Assembly (NCBI GenBank): GCA_964016885.1
Contig: OZ024743.1
Coordinates: forward strand, 57,288,001-57,352,000
Reading direction: 5' to 3'
DNA: 64,000 bases
From: Eledone cirrhosa
Lineage: Eukaryota
The notes below the pieces were generated by a model. The model was not told the origin of the DNA, searched no databases, and saw only the letters and a list, made by a program, of their open reading frames with translations. This document shows, one piece after another, positions 61,914 through 64,000 of this stretch (positions are counted from its first letter, which is position 1; each line of letters opens with the position of its first letter). Position numbers and translations under genes: made by a program.

Positions 61914-64000
61914 TTATACTTCTCTTAGGTCAGTGTTGTTTGTTTGGGTGCTGTTGTTATTCCATTCATTCTTTCTGTTTAGTCTTGGTCTTCTAATTTC
62001 TATTTTACTGGCCTCTCTGATTTGCCTATCTGCTGGGTCATTTCTATGTTTAGATATTATTCTAATTTCTATGTTGTCTATGTTACCGTCATGTTGTTGT
62101 CTAGCATGTTCGTATAGTACTGACCCGTTTCTTCGTCCTTTTAGTTCCCCCCAGTGTTGGTCTATCCTTTCACCTATGCTACGAGCTGTCTCACCTATGT
62201 ATGTTGTTGTCATGTTTCTGCAAGTACCCTCTGTACATCTTATGCTATAGACTACGTTTCTAGTTTTACAGTTTATCCGGGGGTTCACCTTACATATGAT
62301 ACATTTCCTATTGGTACAGTGGGTTTTCTTAAAAGGGTAGGTTTTGCTGATCAGGGATTTTATGGTGGTTCCTGGCTTTTCTACCACCTTTATTTTTAAG
62401 TGGGTCTTTCTCAGGGCCTTTCTACACTGGTTAGCTAATTTCCCTCCAGGGGTAGCGTCCACAAACATGACACTCTGGTATCTCTGGTTGTCGTACCATG
62501 AGGTGGCTTTCCCTATCTTATGTCTAGCCCTATCTAAGCTATTCCATGATTTGCTCCTGTATAATGGGCAAATTCCTTTCATGTCCAGTTCTATGAGGGT
62601 CTTATACTTCTCCATGGCTCCTTCGTATACTCTGACTCTGTCTCTTTGGTTGTAGCCAGAGACTGCATGCGGTTGATGAAGTGTTGGATGTGTCTTTCCA
62701 TTTCTGTTGGGTCGCACATGCGGGACACATTCTTCATCACTCGTACCAAATCTGCGATCAGAATATTAAACTTAGCACTACTGGACATTGCTGAGTTTTT
62801 GAGTATCAGGTATTTGGAGGCCATGGGTTTAGCATAGTGTGAGTGGAGAATTTGGGCTCTCTCGTCTATAGTGTTAATCCAGAGTTCTGTGTCTAATACA
62901 GGTAGTCTATTGTTAGGGTGTTTGGAAGGGAAGTCGATAGTTACAGTTATACTCTGGTGTATGGAATTAGCTATCTGCTGGATGCTTTCCATCGTGCTAC
63001 GTTCTAAATCAAACTTGTTAGTGCTCTCTAGTGGGGGTGTTCTTATAACTATGTTGATATCGTCTACATAACGAGAGTACATGATGAGGTCTATGGAGTT
63101 CTCATTAAGGAGATCTTTAAGTCTCCTTTCCCACCATACCATGAAAAGGTTGGCAACATCACCAGCTATGCTGACGCCGATGGCTGCTCCCTCGTTTTGG
63201 GTGTAGATCTTCTCGTTGAACTTAAATATGTGGCCCTTTAGGGTAGTTTTGATACTAGCCCCTATTGCATGTGCGACCATTTTTCTTACCTGATCATTGT
63301 TTTGGGGGTCCATATAGCTTTGCTCCACCCAATCCACCTTCCCATGGGAGTCTTTTTTGCCATTGAGGTTATGGTGGGGGTCTACCTCTTATAGGTCTAC
63401 TAGGTCAGAAACGTCTAAGGTCATGGCTGTCTAGGTAGTCAGTGTCGTAGGTAAGTCTAAGTAGGAGGCCCAGTTCGTCTGTGTCGACGTCGCAGAACTC
63501 CACCTCACTCTCAATGATCATCTCCACACATCTTTTCACAGCAAAATCAATGTTAATGGATGGGTACAATAACACCACATCCATGCTGCCTATTATGCAG
63601 TTGGATAGGTTCCTGTTTTTGTTGCACTCACTGATTCTGCTGAGGAGGTCCTCTGTACTGTCACATACATTTGGGGACATCTTGATTATGGGGCGTATAA
63701 CCATTGAGAGGAAGTAGGAGATCCTGTAGTTACTAACTATATTAGCTCCGCATACGGGTCTTGTTGGTGGTCCTGTTGTCGGGTCGTCGACTGTCTTGTG
63801 GTCTTTGCGGAGCTCATACAAGGGTGGTATGCCATTGTTAGACGCCTGGAAGTTGTTGGCAGTGCGTATACTTGGCTTTAGGATGTCAATCCACATCATC
63901 ATGTGAGCGTTGAGGATTTTCTCACTCCCATTGTGTGTTTGTTGTGCAATTTCGCTCGTGTTGGTGATGTGGGGTTGCATAGCCTTGATGTAGTTCGGCA
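61914..64000 (-). pseudogene. PLE polyprotein (RT and GIY-YIG endonuclease), frameshifted
   Basis: Motifs include RKDHK..TRPV, SMDVVLLYPSI, QNEGAAIG, RYVDD, LPVLD, a Cys-rich linker and NVVYSIRC..YIGETARSIGERIDQH..E..LN. Split into three frames. Confidence 0.92.

Larger units (their letters stand above)
61432..64000 (-). mobile_element. Penelope-like element (RT plus C-terminal GIY-YIG), runs off the window end
   Basis: Coding remnant plus a 3' pLTR with a hammerhead, ending at (TA)n. Confidence 0.88.

Overview
This is AT-rich, microsatellite-dense eukaryotic DNA made almost entirely of mobile elements. The SINE types suggest a coleoid cephalopod such as Octopus, which is an inference. No confident host gene was found. 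Main contents: (1) five Tx1/L1-clade non-LTR retrotransposon copies (three head-to-tail in an (ATCT)n array at 1-8027, one in (ATT)n at 25044-30942, and one in a fold-back element with a 15-bp TSD starting TATCTATC at 46804-52218); (2) a minus-strand tandem array of four R4/Dong-clade RT-RLE elements at 17.8-33.0 kb, joined by (TAA)n/(GAA)n, including one intact 1141-aa ORF; (3) a Penelope-like element (RT plus C-terminal GIY-YIG) and several non-autonomous PLE/retrozyme-like units in (TA)n, carrying about eight type I hammerhead ribozyme motifs including U3-A8 and U10.1-U11.1 core variants; (4) a non-autonomous Helitron, MITE-like hairpins, RTE/RTEX fragments and tRNA-derived SINEs. The most notable signals are the partitioning of microsatellite types among element lineages, the variant-core hammerheads, a conserved splice-donor consensus at the Tx1 ORF1 stop, and a covarying Tx1 3' UTR hairpin. 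All structures were derived by eye and none was computed.
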